Of a stretch of 64,000 bases of DNA, positions 62,762 through 64,000 are shown one piece after another. The stretch is from positions 3,722,001 to 3,786,000 of the forward strand of contig CM075993.1 of NCBI GenBank assembly GCA_038087875.1, given 5' to 3'. Numbering within the stretch: position 1 is the stretch's first letter; every line of letters begins with the position of its first letter. Source of the DNA: Malacoraja senta. Taxonomy: Eukaryota. The position numbers and the translations under genes are program-made. The notes beneath the pieces are model-generated. The model searched no databases and was not told the origin of the DNA. It was given only the letters and a program-made list of their open reading frames with translations.

Positions 62762-62812
62762 ATGTCGCAGGAGAATCTAGCGTTAGTCTTGGCCTGTGGA
62801 GAGCTGAAACTG
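62762..62812 (+). CDS. SORD: SORD-like copy C, putative first coding exon (51 bp); rest of gene expected beyond the window
   Basis: accATG start; MSQENLALVLACGELKL then |gtaatc at the same phase-0 position as copy B exon 1 (MAQQENLSVVLHAAGDLRL|gtaact). Confidence 0.78.
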
Positions 62813-64000
62813 GTAATCAAACGACTTCCTATTTACCCTTTTACAGCTTCTCTTGTATGAAGTCATGAGGTCGAAGTCGACACAATTATCGGGGGGTGGG
62901 TGGGATTCCGATATCAATGCACATCTCACAGCGTCAGGGTCCCTGGTCCCTGTTTCCTCGGGAGGATCTCAGCAGGGGCCAGGCAAGCAAGCATCCACGG
63001 ATGGAAATGGACAGAAGGGTCGGGGATCCTTCTTCAGACTCTTCAGTCCATTCCCTTCCCAGATGCTGGTTCGATCCTGAGCTCGGTCGCTGTGTCTGTG
63101 TGGAGTTTGTACCTTCACCCCCACATCCCACACAGGGGTTTGTACCCTAATTGACCTCTGCGAATCGCTCCCCCCCTCCTAGTGAACGCGAAAGTGGGAT
63201 AGTATAGATCTGAGTGGGGGGGGGGAAGAGTGATCGGTGGTCGGCATGGACTAGGTGGGCGGAAGGGTCTGATTCCACGCTGTGACTCTAGACTAACGTG
63301 CATTAAGGAGTAATGTACAGCCCTGGTACAAGTTCTGGGACAGTAGTTAAATGGTGGTGGAATTGTGGGGTCGAGTTGAGCCTTAGTGTCCATCCCAGCT
63401 TTGCTATCAGTCCGCTGCTAGCTTGGATGCAAGGTAGCGTGGCTGCCCGTGAAAACCCCGTTGACGGGGGCAAGGTAATCTTCCCCTATTGTTGTCAATG
63501 CATGACAGGACTGTATGTCACAGCGCAGTGACACCGGCCCCCCATCTACACCGCAGCGCCGCTGTTCAACGCCCTTGTTCAACAGAGACAGAGTAGGTAG
63601 ATCAGTGCCTATTAAATCTTACAATCTGGTCAGATTAGATAAAAGATAAATCAAGTGAGTTTATTGTCATGTGTCCCTGATAGGACAATGAAATTCTTGC
63701 TTTGATTCAGCACAACAGAACATAGTAGGCATTGACTACAAGGCATGCTATAAATATATATACACACATGAATCAAGATACTGATAAAGTGCAAATAACA
63801 GTTAATTGGCTAATAAAGTTCAGTGTTTTGTCCGAGCCAGGTTTAATAGCCTGATTGATGGCTGTGGGGAAGTAGCTATTCCTGAACCTGGTCGTTGCAG
63901 TCTTCAGGCTCAGATAAGAGAGAGTTAGATAGAGCTCTGGGGGCTAGTGGGATTGATGGCTATGGGGAAGTAGCTATTCCCGAACATGGTCGTTGCAGTC

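Overview
Repeat-rich vertebrate genomic DNA, most likely from a cartilaginous fish (skate/ray-like). That assignment is inferred from the HE1/V-type SINEs and CR1 LINEs, not proven. The only host genes recognised form a head-to-tail, + strand tandem array of at least three sorbitol-dehydrogenase (SORD)-like genes. Copy A has exons 3-9 in the window (1537-14749), with its 5' end upstream. Copy B is a complete 9-exon CDS (22494-42407, 354 aa) with a GC-AG intron 2 and a heavily remodelled substrate pocket. Copy C shows only a promoter and first coding exon (62762-62812) and is absent from the ORF track. The rest is mostly mobile DNA. It includes a full-length Passport-like Tc1 (DD34E) with an open transposase ORF, a nested Tc1/Tc1/retroposon stack, and a Gypsy element with an uninterrupted gag-pol but only one LTR. 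It also includes a young CR1, Rex/L2/RTE fragments, MITEs, V-SINEs and an RPS20 retrocopy fragment. Many Penelope-like (GIY-YIG) pieces carry a minimal hammerhead-ribozyme-like motif and occur as tiny TSD-flanked insertions and inverted pairs. Exon boundaries were read by eye from splice signals; many repeat boundaries are approximate.
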